This document shows positions 1-10,394 of a stretch of 64,000 nucleotides of DNA, piece by piece. The notes under the pieces were generated by a model. The model saw nothing but the letters and a program-made list of their open reading frames with translations, had not been told where the DNA came from and made no database searches. The position numbers and the translations under genes are program-made. Position 1 is the first letter of the stretch; the number at the start of each line of letters is the position of its first letter. The stretch is taken from positions 124,001 through 188,000 of the IMG/VR virus record IMGVR_UViG_3300021964_009390. One strand, 5' to 3'.

Positions 1-120
1 AAACGAAATACCTTGTTCAAATGAAATTGGTTCATGTATAACCTCAATAGTAGGGTCTAATCGATAGTCCAGCTGCAACGGAGGCATGACCTGTATACCA
101 TCTATTGTGTTTGATTGCAT
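1..120 (-). CDS. 5' part of a late gene (MQSNTIDGIQVMPPLQLDYRLDP...), runs off the left window edge
   Basis: Open frame from ATG at 120 to the window edge; TAAATA at 127-132 lies 6 nt upstream. Confidence 0.6.
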   Translation of the reverse strand, partial: MQSNTIDGIQVMPPLQLDYRLDPTIEVIHEPISFEQGISF

Positions 121-162
121 TACTATTATTTATCGACACATACACTATTCACTACATGTATA

Positions 163-705
163 TCAGTCTATAACTTGTAATGACATGTTTTGTATAGTCG
201 AGTCCGTAAAAGGGTATTGTCTAGATGTAGAGATTGTATATCCAGCCGGGCCTTGTATTATCAAGTCCACTGACCCCACTTTAGTTGGTACTGGTAATTC
301 AAATGTGATTGTGTTATCATTAAACTCATCCCATTGAGGAACAACCACACCAGTGAATTTAGGGTATTCTGTTTTCAACCGATTGGTGTAGTTTTTTTCA
401 AAATAACCGTATTGTTGTTCATTTATGAACATGTCAGGTACACTAGCACTTAAAAATATATTGTTAGTGTCGTACATTCTGTAACCCCTTACATACACTG
501 TTGGTGTTTCTCCAATCCCGACCACCATTTGCTTGGTTGTGTTACTCAAAGAAAACCATGTTATATCTGGTGCGCCCCGAAAGACATCCCCCCGGTTTCC
601 TGAGCGGCTGCCTAAATTATCTTGTTTCACATTGTCAGCGTATTCGTCTAGGGCTTGTTTATCAATAATTTTTGTACGTAGCGTGTTGTTCGGGTCTTTG
701 TTCAT
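163..705 (-). CDS. hypothetical protein, possible IPT/TIG-like beta-sandwich virion protein
   Basis: 180 aa directly after gp15; C-terminal NDNTITFELP..GSVDLIIQGPAG resembles IPT/TIG strands. Confidence 0.45.
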   Translation of the reverse strand: MNKDPNNTLRTKIIDKQALDEYADNVKQDNLGSRSGNRGDVFRGAPDITWFSLSNTTKQMVVGIGETPTVYVRGYRMYDTNNIFLSASVPDMFINEQQYGYFEKNYTNRLKTEYPKFTGVVVPQWDEFNDNTITFELPVPTKVGSVDLIIQGPAGYTISTSRQYPFTDSTIQNMSLQVID

Positions 706-706
706 G

Positions 707-1471
707 TCATTGCGGATTGTCTGGATTATTATTCAGGTTTTTCCAATCAGTCAAACTACCTCCAGTGATATCATCTAGTGACGAAACATTGACGTAGTTT
801 GTTTGGATGTCAAAAATCGTACCGGTGCCTGTCGATCTAGGTTTAGTAAACAACCAGCCTTTTATCGTGAATCCTGTGTTAGCCGATACTCGGTATGCGG
901 AGCTGGCTTGCAAATCTTTCGGGTAATCCATGTTAATGGTACCATTCCACAGCACTTCCGACCGGATTTCTTGTATTGGTGCATCTGGGTCTAGAAATGG
1001 GTCAACACTTTTACTACCTTGCGGTATTTTCCATGATAATATTATGTACGGGTTCGCATAAGGTGCAAAATTAGTAATTATCTGGTCTAAATCAGACTGA
1101 TATTTTGTCATAATGTCCATCGTAACCTCTATATTCACTGGGTTCACCGGAGGTAATTTATCGAATGCATTACTAGCTTCTCGGTGACTGTATCTTTGGG
1201 GGTATGAGAAACCTTCAATTTTGTTAAAAACTCTACCCGGGTCACGCGCGATACTATTCATGGACACGGCGATCACCGGTAATTGAATATGCTGACTCTT
1301 GTTTATAAGGTCGTGTACAACGCGTTGCTTATGCGCGTAAACATATCTCGGTTCAAAAGATTTTGTAGGTTTTCTATCTTTATTGTATCTCTTTACAATT
1401 GTCTCATCAAAAGCTGATAAAAATTGTGTTATTAAATCTTTTACCTCAAAGTTAAATGTATGATATCTCAC
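707..1471 (-). CDS. gp15: tail sheath stabilizer / tail terminator (T4 gp15-like)
   Basis: YHTFNFEVKDLITQFLSAF...YAHKQR...LPVIAVSMNSIARDPGRVFNK...QIITNFAPY...FTIKGWLF pattern; likely start GTG 1471, 5 nt below TAAATA. Confidence 0.8.
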   Translation of the reverse strand: MRYHTFNFEVKDLITQFLSAFDETIVKRYNKDRKPTKSFEPRYVYAHKQRVVHDLINKSQHIQLPVIAVSMNSIARDPGRVFNKIEGFSYPQRYSHREASNAFDKLPPVNPVNIEVTMDIMTKYQSDLDQIITNFAPYANPYIILSWKIPQGSKSVDPFLDPDAPIQEIRSEVLWNGTINMDYPKDLQASSAYRVSANTGFTIKGWLFTKPRSTGTGTIFDIQTNYVNVSSLDDITGGSLTDWKNLNNNPDNPQ

Positions 1472-1482
1472 ATAATTATTTA

Positions 1483-3087
1483 TCAAACAAACCGTTGTAA
1501 GAACCAACCCGGTAGTTTCTCTTTACATTTAGGTAGTACCCTGGATATCATACCGTCTAGTATGTATGTAGTTGAATAATCATCCTTAGATCTTGTACAT
1601 CTACCACAAGACTGTACTAATATATTTAACATTTTATTCTCATACCAGTCTGGGTCGGCTTCTAAAATGGTCTTAACCCGTTTGTCGTTAAACGGTAGAT
1701 AGGGTAGTTTCACTACAATTTGAAATCTGGCTAGATCGTCTTTTAAATCTACACCATGAGTTAGTGATGGTGACATCAATATTGTTGGTTCGTCAGACTG
1801 TTTATGTATGTTGATTATATCTTCATTTGTAACCCCGGGCTCTCTGTATACGAGCCGGTCACATTGAAGCGTTTCATATATAAATTGTGTTATATGATGT
1901 GAATGTGTATGTATCACACCCTTCTCGTCGCCATGATGAGATACTATCTCATTGATATTATCTACTATTTTAGGTAAAAATTTATCTATTGTATTTCTAC
2001 TCAAAGGGTATTTGCTAGAAACATATATTGGGGATTTCGCCGGAGGGAACTCAGACGGTATTTCTATATATTTATAATCTGTGATACCTAATGACTTTGC
2101 GAAGTTTTTGTGGTCCACGATAGTGGCACTCATCAGTAAAATTTTCTCACCGTTATCAAACAGCTGATTAGTTAAAGTGTCTATATGTAAAGGTGTCAGT
2201 CGTACCGTGGTATTGTTTTTTTCTACTATATATTCACAATTGTAAAAGTTGTCTGTACATAGTCGTACCTTGGCTAATAGTCTGTTGATATATGTATATT
2301 TGGATTGAGTTTTACTAGTCCATTTTGATTTTTTTCTCAATTGCTGTTGCAAATACATACGATGGTCATGTAATAAATTGTTCACATCATCTAACCACGA
2401 GTATACCGCCAATGGTTCACTTGACTTGAGTATAGGTAAAGACACCCCGCACCTTTTCGACACGTCATAATCTATAACACATGTGTTATGAGATACAATA
2501 TCGTCTTCTAGTTCGCTAGCTTCATCACATATTAAATATTGCCTTTGCTTGACATGTCCCGGTAGTTGCATATACATTTTATAATTCGTAACACCGTACT
2601 GACTAGTCAACAGTTTGTTTCTATCGTTATGATATGGACATTTACCAGACTCTCGATGCTGTGACAATATATGTCTTGGTATCACAGCAGATTCTATCTC
2701 AACATCCATGCTCGGGTCAATAGTACTCGTGTAGTTGCTTTTACCTTTAAGTGTGTCACATTCGAACAGCGCCACATACTGGTCTTGTAAAGCTTTGGTT
2801 ATTGTCAATGAAATAGCACCATGTGCTTGATCATGCTCGGTATGTATATATTGACCTGTCTGGTCAACCATAAAAGCTCGGTAAGAATTGATGTCCTCGT
2901 ACTTATATTCATCAATCTCTCGTGAGCTCTTCGCGAGGGTACTAGCGAAAAAACTCTTTCCGGAACCGGTCGGAGCATTCAGTATCACCGTATCATTATT
3001 TTTAAATGCAGCCTCTATCTTGTTTAATGTCTTAGACTGCAATGGGGTAGGCTGGTACCCTACCGGAAAGAAATTTAATATAGACAC
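1483..3087 (-). CDS. DinG/Rad3-like SF2 helicase
   Basis: NAPTGSGKS Walker A, DEASELE, SAT, GVDLKDDLARFQIVVKLPY, QSCGRCTRSKDDYSTTYILDG. Confidence 0.85.
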   Translation of the reverse strand: MSILNFFPVGYQPTPLQSKTLNKIEAAFKNNDTVILNAPTGSGKSFFASTLAKSSREIDEYKYEDINSYRAFMVDQTGQYIHTEHDQAHGAISLTITKALQDQYVALFECDTLKGKSNYTSTIDPSMDVEIESAVIPRHILSQHRESGKCPYHNDRNKLLTSQYGVTNYKMYMQLPGHVKQRQYLICDEASELEDDIVSHNTCVIDYDVSKRCGVSLPILKSSEPLAVYSWLDDVNNLLHDHRMYLQQQLRKKSKWTSKTQSKYTYINRLLAKVRLCTDNFYNCEYIVEKNNTTVRLTPLHIDTLTNQLFDNGEKILLMSATIVDHKNFAKSLGITDYKYIEIPSEFPPAKSPIYVSSKYPLSRNTIDKFLPKIVDNINEIVSHHGDEKGVIHTHSHHITQFIYETLQCDRLVYREPGVTNEDIINIHKQSDEPTILMSPSLTHGVDLKDDLARFQIVVKLPYLPFNDKRVKTILEADPDWYENKMLNILVQSCGRCTRSKDDYSTTYILDGMISRVLPKCKEKLPGWFLQRFV

Positions 3088-3093
3088 ATTGGT

Positions 3094-3122
3094 ATTATAT
3101 TAATATTATACTATACTGTCAA
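3094..3122 (-). promoter_or_regulatory. consensus sigma70 promoter TTGACA-17-TATAAT, 6 nt upstream of GTG 3087
   Basis: Exact consensus hexamers with a 17-bp spacer on the minus strand. Confidence 0.85.
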
Positions 3123-3456
3123 CTTGTAATACAGAATTATATAGTCGATGAGGTTTTTTCACAGGTAAATCATCTATTAATAGCTGTGTATGTATATTTT
3201 CATTACATAATGTTTTTAGTCTATAATCAAATACAATTTGCCGATGATCTGTATCAAAATAGTAATCGTATGGGTATGGAACTTCATATAATTTAGGTAT
3301 GTCATGTTGGTTAGTCACTGTGAATCCTATATAATGGCCTCGCTGCGCAACTAATAACAATTTTCCTTGACGTAGCGTTTTACCATTACATACAAACCTC
3401 ACATCATGTTGTATAAGTTCCATGCATACTTGTTCTATTTTTTCACTCAATAGCAT
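3106..3456 (-). CDS. hypothetical protein
   Basis: 116-aa ORF tightly packed in the operon. Confidence 0.7.
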   Translation of the reverse strand: MLLSEKIEQVCMELIQHDVRFVCNGKTLRQGKLLLVAQRGHYIGFTVTNQHDIPKLYEVPYPYDYYFDTDHRQIVFDYRLKTLCNENIHTQLLIDDLPVKKPHRLYNSVLQVDSIV

Positions 3457-3457
3457 G

Positions 3458-3829
3458 TCAAGAGTTCATGAACTGAATTTTTTGAGATGTATCCATAGGT
3501 AATACATTTTCGTTAAAATATGTCCAAAACGTATCATCTCCCGGATACTGATTGAGTATAGTTGTGCTATCAGCTGGAATCATACGAAATGATTGCATCA
3601 TTATATCCCAGGCTAAACATAAATTTTTCGATCTAGGGTCGTACGGTAATTTGCTACCCCCAGGTAAATAATTTAGCACAGTTCGCCCATTCACACTATT
3701 CAGTACACTCTCGTCCAACGTACACAACATACGTCTAGTGATAGGGGCACCGGGTCTAGATCGGCGACGATTGAATCTAATGTCTACAACATTGTTGTTC
3801 AATATTGAATTTAATGTACCTTGGTTCAC
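3458..3829 (-). CDS. DUF2693/WYL-like SH3-fold protein
   Basis: VVDIRF.RR...TRRMLCTLD...AWDIMMQSFRMIP pattern typical of this T4-like phage family. Confidence 0.6.
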   Translation of the reverse strand: MNQGTLNSILNNNVVDIRFNRRRSRPGAPITRRMLCTLDESVLNSVNGRTVLNYLPGGSKLPYDPRSKNLCLAWDIMMQSFRMIPADSTTILNQYPGDDTFWTYFNENVLPMDTSQKIQFMNS

Positions 3830-4263
3830 TAGCCTTCATCTTCTTTTAATCTATGTAGCTTACCAAATATACGTTGAGCATTGATAAATTGACCTCGACC
3901 AATAGTTTCAAATTTGTTATCGTTTTTTATAACCAGATTACTCACCGGAATTCCCATGTTGTTGGGAAATGTTACATAATCACCTGGTTGAGTGGTTAAT
4001 GCACTTTTACCTTGCATCACCACCCGGCCGACTCTCCAGGCCTTAGGGTTCGCGTTCGCTGGGACTACAATTCCATTCCGGATGATTTCCTCTCCAGTTT
4101 CAAACCTATCTACAAACTCTATCAACACAATATCATCTTCTAAAGATTCTACCGCGTATCCAATTAATGTAGAATCTAGCGAATCTTCATGGGCTTTAGA
4201 TAAATCGATTAAACTCTCAGTAGGTTCAATCGCGTCAATGTTTGCTTTTTGTTGTGTACTCAT
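3829..4263 (-). CDS. GroES-like co-chaperonin (T4 gp31 analogue)
   Basis: DDIVLIE...NGIVVP...GRVVMQG......PGDYVTFP Cpn10 pattern. Confidence 0.7.
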   Translation of the reverse strand: MSTQQKANIDAIEPTESLIDLSKAHEDSLDSTLIGYAVESLEDDIVLIEFVDRFETGEEIIRNGIVVPANANPKAWRVGRVVMQGKSALTTQPGDYVTFPNNMGIPVSNLVIKNDNKFETIGRGQFINAQRIFGKLHRLKEDEG

Positions 4264-4636
4264 ATTTTGATAAATCTATGTTTGCTTGTTTTATATAAAC
4301 ATTTATCTCCCTTGTTGAAATTTCAAGTTTTTTTGCTAACTTGATAATAATGTCCATGTACTCGTCACGTGGTTTATGTTTTTTAATGTAATTAATGCGC
4401 TTGAACCGCTCACGTGGTATAATGTAATGCAATAATTTGTAATGGTCCTGTTTATTTTCAAAAACCTGAAACATTATATTCGCGGTGTTGTTTATTAAAT
4501 TGCATGTCTGTTTGTTCAACATGCTACACCATCTATTTACTAAAAACGGTTGGTAGTCGCTCTGCTGGTCCAGAGTCTTGAGTGATGGTTCTTTTTTAGT
4601 AAATAATATATTTGATAGGTAGTTAAATATGTTCAC
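4235..4636 (-). CDS. gp62: clamp loader small subunit (T4 gp62-like)
   Basis: IFNYLSNILFTKK...YQPFLVNRWCSM...HYKLLHYIIPR...YIKK. Confidence 0.65.
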   Translation of the reverse strand: MNIFNYLSNILFTKKEPSLKTLDQQSDYQPFLVNRWCSMLNKQTCNLINNTANIMFQVFENKQDHYKLLHYIIPRERFKRINYIKKHKPRDEYMDIIIKLAKKLEISTREINVYIKQANIDLSKYEYTTKSKH

Positions 4637-5229
4637 TTAACTATCGTCTTGGTCGTCGCAAGAAACATATCATCATTAATATGGTAAAACATGTCTATTA
4701 TCTCGCGCATGAATTGACCAACCTGCATGTTGTTCAAATTAGTAGAAAATGCATGGTCTGGAGCACGATCACCCGCGGTTATGTTTATTCCGGTATGACC
4801 TAGTGTCACCCCGGATTTTACATATGTTATACTCACACTACATTTACCTTTAGGCTGACTTACACCGTTCTGCTCATGATCTTGATGTACGATCAGATCA
4901 TCACCATCCACCTCAATAGGGGCATTGTTTAAAAAACGTGAGCTCAACACATTAGCAATTTGTGTATTTAACAACCGTTGATACGCTACAGCCCCAAACG
5001 GGTCAGACAAGCACGGTATCTCCCACAAAAAATTTATCGCATCATCACTATATATGAACTCATTTTTCAATATATCTTCTGTATCAATCATACCATCTGC
5101 CTCTACAATCATTGGAGACCGGAAGGCAATAATGTTACCTATAGGTAATGTTTTTTCTCTAAAAAATTTATACGCGAATCTATCATGCAGCAGCGCACCA
5201 TCATAACACTCAATATCATTAATTATCAT
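4633..5229 (-). CDS. DUF366 family protein (lipoate/biotin ligase-like fold)
   Basis: YDG..L...FAY...IIAFRSPM...D.ED...I.SDD..NF..E...AVAYQRL...DGDDL...K.SVSI...HTGINI. Confidence 0.7.
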   Translation of the reverse strand: MIINDIECYDGALLHDRFAYKFFREKTLPIGNIIAFRSPMIVEADGMIDTEDILKNEFIYSDDAINFLWEIPCLSDPFGAVAYQRLLNTQIANVLSSRFLNNAPIEVDGDDLIVHQDHEQNGVSQPKGKCSVSITYVKSGVTLGHTGINITAGDRAPDHAFSTNLNNMQVGQFMREIIDMFYHINDDMFLATTKTIVK

Positions 5230-5236
5230 ACGATAT

Positions 5237-5265
5237 ATTATAGTATATTAAATCGTAGTTTTCAA
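5237..5265 (-). promoter_or_regulatory. sigma70-type promoter TTGAAA-17-TATAAT, 7 nt upstream of ATG 5229
   Basis: Read directly from the sequence. Confidence 0.75.
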
Positions 5266-5271
5266 TTTATT

Positions 5272-6117
5272 TTATTGTGTATCAGTTATATACTTTATTA
5301 CCGGTTGTAAAGAAATCCCTACATGTTCATCGTGTACACCTATATCAAATTTATTAGATAATATATCTATCAATCTCTTCATATGGTGGTTACCAGGGAG
5401 GTTTGGGTTCTTTGATAGGAGTTGCTCGAGAGTGTCTATATCATCAACAGGATAACCGAACCCTGCGCAATTATTTTTTGTTTTACACACTATTTGATCA
5501 TAACTTCTCTCATGGTAATGAACGAGGCATATACTAGTCGTATCGTACGCTACTTCTGATTCATGTACACCGTGTACATGGTGGTTCCCATGGTCAGTTG
5601 TTTTAAATTTATTATATTTATAAAACGTTTTTGCAAATTGATTGTAGCTATTGTGATAACCTCTCGTGGCTTGTCTAGCCGCCCGGTCATAACCACCTGG
5701 TGTTGTTATGTATGACCCTATATAATCTGTTTTGTATATACCTGTATCATTTTTAACATTCAATTGATTTAAATACTCAACAGTCCTATCCGGATGTAGC
5801 GTCTGTGTATTGTAATCATAATAAGTTATAAACTCATCAATGTCTACTGGCCACGCGAATTGGTAATCTTTCCTACCCACATCTCTCAGTATATGATGCA
5901 TGTGAGCTCCCTTGGCTCTATAATCATCACGTGATGTTAAATATATACCATGACTATTTTTGTATTGCTCACACATTTCATATGTACCATCGTCGCTACG
6001 ATTATCTACAATATATATGTTGTTATAACCAAACATGTTACCATGATATATTATCCAGTCCTCAACAATATCAATTTCATTTTTGACCATGGTGGCCAAC
6101 TTTACCAAACTACTCAT
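5272..6117 (-). CDS. glycosyltransferase, GT-A/GT2-like
   Basis: MVKNE..IVEDWI.YH, VDN.SDDGT, DIDEF, HGNH, HYH.RS. Confidence 0.8.
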   Translation of the reverse strand: MSSLVKLATMVKNEIDIVEDWIIYHGNMFGYNNIYIVDNRSDDGTYEMCEQYKNSHGIYLTSRDDYRAKGAHMHHILRDVGRKDYQFAWPVDIDEFITYYDYNTQTLHPDRTVEYLNQLNVKNDTGIYKTDYIGSYITTPGGYDRAARQATRGYHNSYNQFAKTFYKYNKFKTTDHGNHHVHGVHESEVAYDTTSICLVHYHERSYDQIVCKTKNNCAGFGYPVDDIDTLEQLLSKNPNLPGNHHMKRLIDILSNKFDIGVHDEHVGISLQPVIKYITDTQ

Positions 6118-6925
6118 TTAACCATGGGGTGTTAATTTTTACGTCACAACTATCAACCGGTTTATACTCCCATTGATTAATGTTTATTAGTTCGTTGGCA
6201 CGACCTACTCCATCGAATTGCCCACCAGTTATCAAATCATTATTTTGGATCCGCTGTTCAATTAAATTCATGGGTATACCGTGGCCATTAATTATATCCT
6301 CACATCGCGCTCTTTTCCGGTCATACCCGGTGTCGTGATAATGCAGGTACACAATGTCGGTTTGATGCTGTTTATTGTTTGTACTGGTACCGTGATGGTA
6401 TCCTAGATCTACTGTTTTAAAAGTACCGTTCCGGAAAAACTTTTTACACATGCCCGAGTCTGTTAAGTCCCAGTTAAATTTGTTTATTTCATGCACCGGG
6501 TGATCGTAATTTTTTTTCTCCGGTACACTATTCAACCAACCTCTTGTCATGTATATTTCTCCGTCGTCTGGTAGTGTTGCTATATATTTTTTAATTGTAT
6601 CTGAACATGTTACAACTCGGTTGCCCATACCATCCCACATACATATAAATTCATCAGCATCTAACGGTATCGAAATACCTGGTTGTTTGTTGTATTGTGC
6701 TATTTTGTTAGTGATCACATCACCTTTTTCTATAAACACGTCATGGCTGTACACGTTTATACCATAATTTTCTTTATATTCTTGCAATATTTCAAGGGTA
6801 CCGTCTGTAGAATTGTTATCATACACATGTATAGCCCACCATGGTACTATAGACCCGTGATGGTTGAGCCAGTCACGTATTATATGACTTTCATTTTTAA
6901 TATATGCGAATATTCTATTATACAT
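6110..6925 (-). CDS. glycosyltransferase, GT-A/GT2-like (tandem paralogue)
   Basis: IKNE..IIRDWLNHH, YDNNSTDGT, DADEF, GYH, LHYH. Confidence 0.8.
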   Translation of the reverse strand: MYNRIFAYIKNESHIIRDWLNHHGSIVPWWAIHVYDNNSTDGTLEILQEYKENYGINVYSHDVFIEKGDVITNKIAQYNKQPGISIPLDADEFICMWDGMGNRVVTCSDTIKKYIATLPDDGEIYMTRGWLNSVPEKKNYDHPVHEINKFNWDLTDSGMCKKFFRNGTFKTVDLGYHHGTSTNNKQHQTDIVYLHYHDTGYDRKRARCEDIINGHGIPMNLIEQRIQNNDLITGGQFDGVGRANELININQWEYKPVDSCDVKINTPWLNE

Positions 6926-6931
6926 GTTATT

Positions 6932-7603
6932 TTAGTCGATTATTTTTATATGTTCACATGATTTTATATAGAGTTGATCCTTCGGTGGTAGTGAAGATAT
7001 ATCCACCCATGCAAGAGCAATAAACTTACTATCCGGGTATGTAACTTGCTTCAAATACTCAATGTACGCTAATACACCGGATGGGTATGTACCGTACATT
7101 GTATCTACAAGGCTGCTGTAGTATTGTTCATCTATTAAGTTGTATCTTCGAATATCATCTTGTGTCCATATTTTATGAATTATTTTTCTCTTAGTGTATA
7201 GATCATTTGGATATATAACTGTGTTATATGGTCCAATACCGTCGTGCAGCACTCCATCCGGATTTCTCACGTCTACACAATACTGAGCGCATTTGTTGTA
7301 TAGTTTTTGCTTTTTGTCACTCGTGATTACTTGATGTACATTTTCCATACGCTCTAGATGTGGTATGTTTTCAGCTGTTGGATTCACCATTACAATAGGT
7401 GTTTCAAATTGTAACTGACGTATATTAATATTGTTACCGATTTCCCGCTCATTCCACCTAGAAGTCAAAACGCTAGGTACCGGCTTGGTGTTAACTGTAG
7501 CGACTAAATCATCAAAACTAGTGACTGTTTTGGATTTGTTTACAAATTGGTATTCAACTCCATACACACCTGGCAATATCTCTATAGATTTACTCGCAGT
7601 CAT
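6932..7603 (-). CDS. hypothetical protein in glycosylation island
   Basis: ORF coupled to gmd; likely start MTASK at 7603. Confidence 0.6.
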   Translation of the reverse strand: MTASKSIEILPGVYGVEYQFVNKSKTVTSFDDLVATVNTKPVPSVLTSRWNEREIGNNINIRQLQFETPIVMVNPTAENIPHLERMENVHQVITSDKKQKLYNKCAQYCVDVRNPDGVLHDGIGPYNTVIYPNDLYTKRKIIHKIWTQDDIRRYNLIDEQYYSSLVDTMYGTYPSGVLAYIEYLKQVTYPDSKFIALAWVDISSLPPKDQLYIKSCEHIKIID

Positions 7604-8594
7604 TATTGACCATATCAGTAACAAGCTGATCGAAGGACGTTCTAGGTGACCAGTTTAATTGTTCTCTAGCTTTTGTTGAATCACCTAGTAATTCATCAAC
7701 TTCCGCCGGACGAAAATATTTTTCATCGATGTATATCATCCTTCTACCTGTAATGCTGTCATACCCTACCTCATCAACCCCGGAACCTTCCCACATTATA
7801 TTGAACCCCTTGATGGTAAATGCCTTTTCAATAAATTCTCGTACTGTATGATATTCATTAGTTGATAGGACATAGTCATCTGGTGATGGTTGCTGCAGCA
7901 TCAACCACATGCCTTCGACATAATCCTTAGCATGGCCCCAGTCACGCTTACTGTCAATGTTACCCATTACCAGTCTATCAGTTTCGCCTTTCAATATTTT
8001 ATTCAAACCTAAAGTTATTTTCCGTGTCACGAAAGTCTCACCTCTTCTAGGACTCTCATGATTGAACAGTATACCAGTACATGCGTACATACCGTACGAC
8101 TCTCTATAATTTTTCGTAATCCAGTAACCATATAGTTTAGCGCATCCATATGGGGAACGTGGGTAAAATGGTGTAGTTTCACGTTGTGGTACCTCCTGTA
8201 CTAGACCATACAGCTCACTTGTACTAGCTTGGTATATTTTCGTTTTATCAATCATGTTTAGTAACCGGACTGCTTCTAATATTCTTAACGTGCCCAGACC
8301 ATCAACGTCTCCTGTATATTCAGGTACATCAAAACTAACTTTTACATGACTCATAGCGCCTAAGTTGTATATTTCATCCGGTTGAGTTTGTTGCAAGATA
8401 TTTATAATGTTTGTTGAGTCAGTGAGATCACCGTAATGTAAATTTATTTTATCATATATATGATCTACTCTGTGTGTATTTATCAAAGAAGATCTCCGGA
8501 CTAAACCATGTACTTCATAACCTTTGTCTATCAACAACTCTGCTAAATATGAACCGTCTTGACCGGTGATTCCAGTTATTAACGCTTTTTTCAT
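7590..8594 (-). CDS. gmd: GDP-mannose 4,6-dehydratase
   Basis: [63 protein letters not shown]. Confidence 0.97.
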   Translation of the reverse strand: MKKALITGITGQDGSYLAELLIDKGYEVHGLVRRSSLINTHRVDHIYDKINLHYGDLTDSTNIINILQQTQPDEIYNLGAMSHVKVSFDVPEYTGDVDGLGTLRILEAVRLLNMIDKTKIYQASTSELYGLVQEVPQRETTPFYPRSPYGCAKLYGYWITKNYRESYGMYACTGILFNHESPRRGETFVTRKITLGLNKILKGETDRLVMGNIDSKRDWGHAKDYVEGMWLMLQQPSPDDYVLSTNEYHTVREFIEKAFTIKGFNIMWEGSGVDEVGYDSITGRRMIYIDEKYFRPAEVDELLGDSTKAREQLNWSPRTSFDQLVTDMVNNDCE

Positions 8595-8599
8595 TACAC

Positions 8600-9523
8600 T
8601 TATAATCTTAGTTTTGGGTGATTATTGACAAAATATTCGACTGTTTTTTCTATACCAGTCTGTAGACTTGTAAATTTTGTTTCCGGTAACAAGTCCATTA
8701 ACTTGGTATTATTAGCAGTTTTTTTATACTGACCATCACTATAATTTTTGTTAAACACTAACGCATGTTCGTAATCAAATGAACGTGCTATATATGTTGC
8801 TGCCTGTGCAATAGTATGCTCTTCACATGGACTTATTATGATATTCTCTTGATGAATTACGGGAACCAGTTTCATGATTATATCCGCTAAATCGTCTGCA
8901 TGTATAAACTGCCGGAGAGGCTTTCCGGAGCCTCTCACCTCAAACGGTGAATTTGACTGTTTAGCGACGTAACACTTATGAATTAGTGCTGGTAACACAT
9001 GAGCATCTTCTAGATTATAATTGTCATTATCACCATATATATTCGTAGGTATTACACAGTTATAATTGGTACCATATTGTTCGTTATATGCGCGACATTG
9101 TACATCTAACATGCGTTTCGCATATGCATATGCATCATTAGACATATGAGGTTTACCATCATGTAGCATGTTTTCATCAATAGGGTATGTAGTATCGTCC
9201 GGGAATATACAAGTAGATAGTATACCGATAAATTTACCTACCCGGTGGTCATGACATGCTTTGACTATATTAAAATTTATTAGCATGTTGTCTTCGAACA
9301 TATCTACCTTGTAGTTCATGTTTTTGTACAAACCACCTACGTTTGCTGCTAAGTGTATAACGCAATCTGGTTGGGATGTTTTCACATGCTCAGTCAACTG
9401 GTTGAAATCTCTGAGATCACAATCTGTAGACGACATATACTCTATTTGATAATCATACGATATAGCGGTTTTTTTAATCGCATGACCTACGAGCCCAGTA
9501 CCGCCAGTTACTAATATTTTCAC
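8600..9523 (-). CDS. fcl: GDP-L-fucose synthase
   Basis: [54 protein letters not shown]; adjacent to gmd. Confidence 0.93.
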   Translation of the reverse strand: MKILVTGGTGLVGHAIKKTAISYDYQIEYMSSTDCDLRDFNQLTEHVKTSQPDCVIHLAANVGGLYKNMNYKVDMFEDNMLINFNIVKACHDHRVGKFIGILSTCIFPDDTTYPIDENMLHDGKPHMSNDAYAYAKRMLDVQCRAYNEQYGTNYNCVIPTNIYGDNDNYNLEDAHVLPALIHKCYVAKQSNSPFEVRGSGKPLRQFIHADDLADIIMKLVPVIHQENIIISPCEEHTIAQAATYIARSFDYEHALVFNKNYSDGQYKKTANNTKLMDLLPETKFTSLQTGIEKTVEYFVNNHPKLRL

Positions 9524-9524
9524 G

Positions 9525-10394
9525 TTAATATATATCTAACAAGCTACAACATTCAACGTGTCCGGGATGCGATGTATTATATGTTTGCGTCCTAGCGTTT
9601 TGCATGTGCATGTGCAACGTTTTAATATCAATACATGGATTAAAAATCGGGTGTTGGTAGTGTTTATAAATTTCGCTCAATTTACTATCACATAACAATT
9701 CACCAACATGTATCAATTGCAGCTCACTCGGTATAAGTACCGGGGTTTCAAACCACCATGTGTCTTGTGAATATTTATTTGGTCGTTCATGTTCATGAAA
9801 TATTGATATATCATCTTCCGACACAAACTCCCATCTTGTCAAAGCTAATAACTTGTTTGACAAGTTTATAGCTTTTAACTTATCAATATCATTTGTTAAC
9901 ACAATATCACCATTACTTACACACCACAAACTTTTATCTTTGCAATTGTTGCAATACTCAAATAACGATTGGAAACTAGGTCGCCCTATACATGGTAGTA
10001 CAGTTAGTTTATCATGGGACTCGATCAAATGTTCCGACGGCCCGGTCTGTACATCCCACATTACATGGATATGTTCAACATTAGGGTTTTGTAAGTTTAA
10101 CTGTAATGCTAGTTGATATTCATACATTCTACTAGAGTTAGTATCATGATACATACAGGTTAAGACGTTAACTTTAGAGCTGGTATTTAGTGAATGGTGA
10201 TTATTTAGTATATAATTATTTATTTTTTTATAATCTACATCTGTTAACATAACATGACGGCCTTCAAATCTACCGGTAGTTTGCCAATGACGTTTAGCTG
10301 CGGCTATATTGCTACCAAACGCATGTTGTAAGTCAGGGTATGAATTCAAATAATCTGTATAGTTTACTCTTGAAGGGTGTGGGTATTTTATCAT
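9525..10394 (-). CDS. putative glycosyltransferase with N-terminal YPDL...HW...G..EGR repeat
   Basis: YLNSYPDL..AF......KRHW..TGRFEGR followed by NGDIV, ALTRWE, SQDTW, NPC. Confidence 0.55.
   Translation of the reverse strand: MIKYPHPSRVNYTDYLNSYPDLQHAFGSNIAAAKRHWQTTGRFEGRHVMLTDVDYKKINNYILNNHHSLNTSSKVNVLTCMYHDTNSSRMYEYQLALQLNLQNPNVEHIHVMWDVQTGPSEHLIESHDKLTVLPCIGRPSFQSLFEYCNNCKDKSLWCVSNGDIVLTNDIDKLKAINLSNKLLALTRWEFVSEDDISIFHEHERPNKYSQDTWWFETPVLIPSELQLIHVGELLCDSKLSEIYKHYQHPIFNPCIDIKTLHMHMQNARTQTYNTSHPGHVECCSLLDIY

Noticed and set aside
1-3000. CTAG enrichment
   Set aside because: About 15 counted versus about 10 expected in 3 kb; too weak to claim without computation, though the lack of the usual depletion is noted
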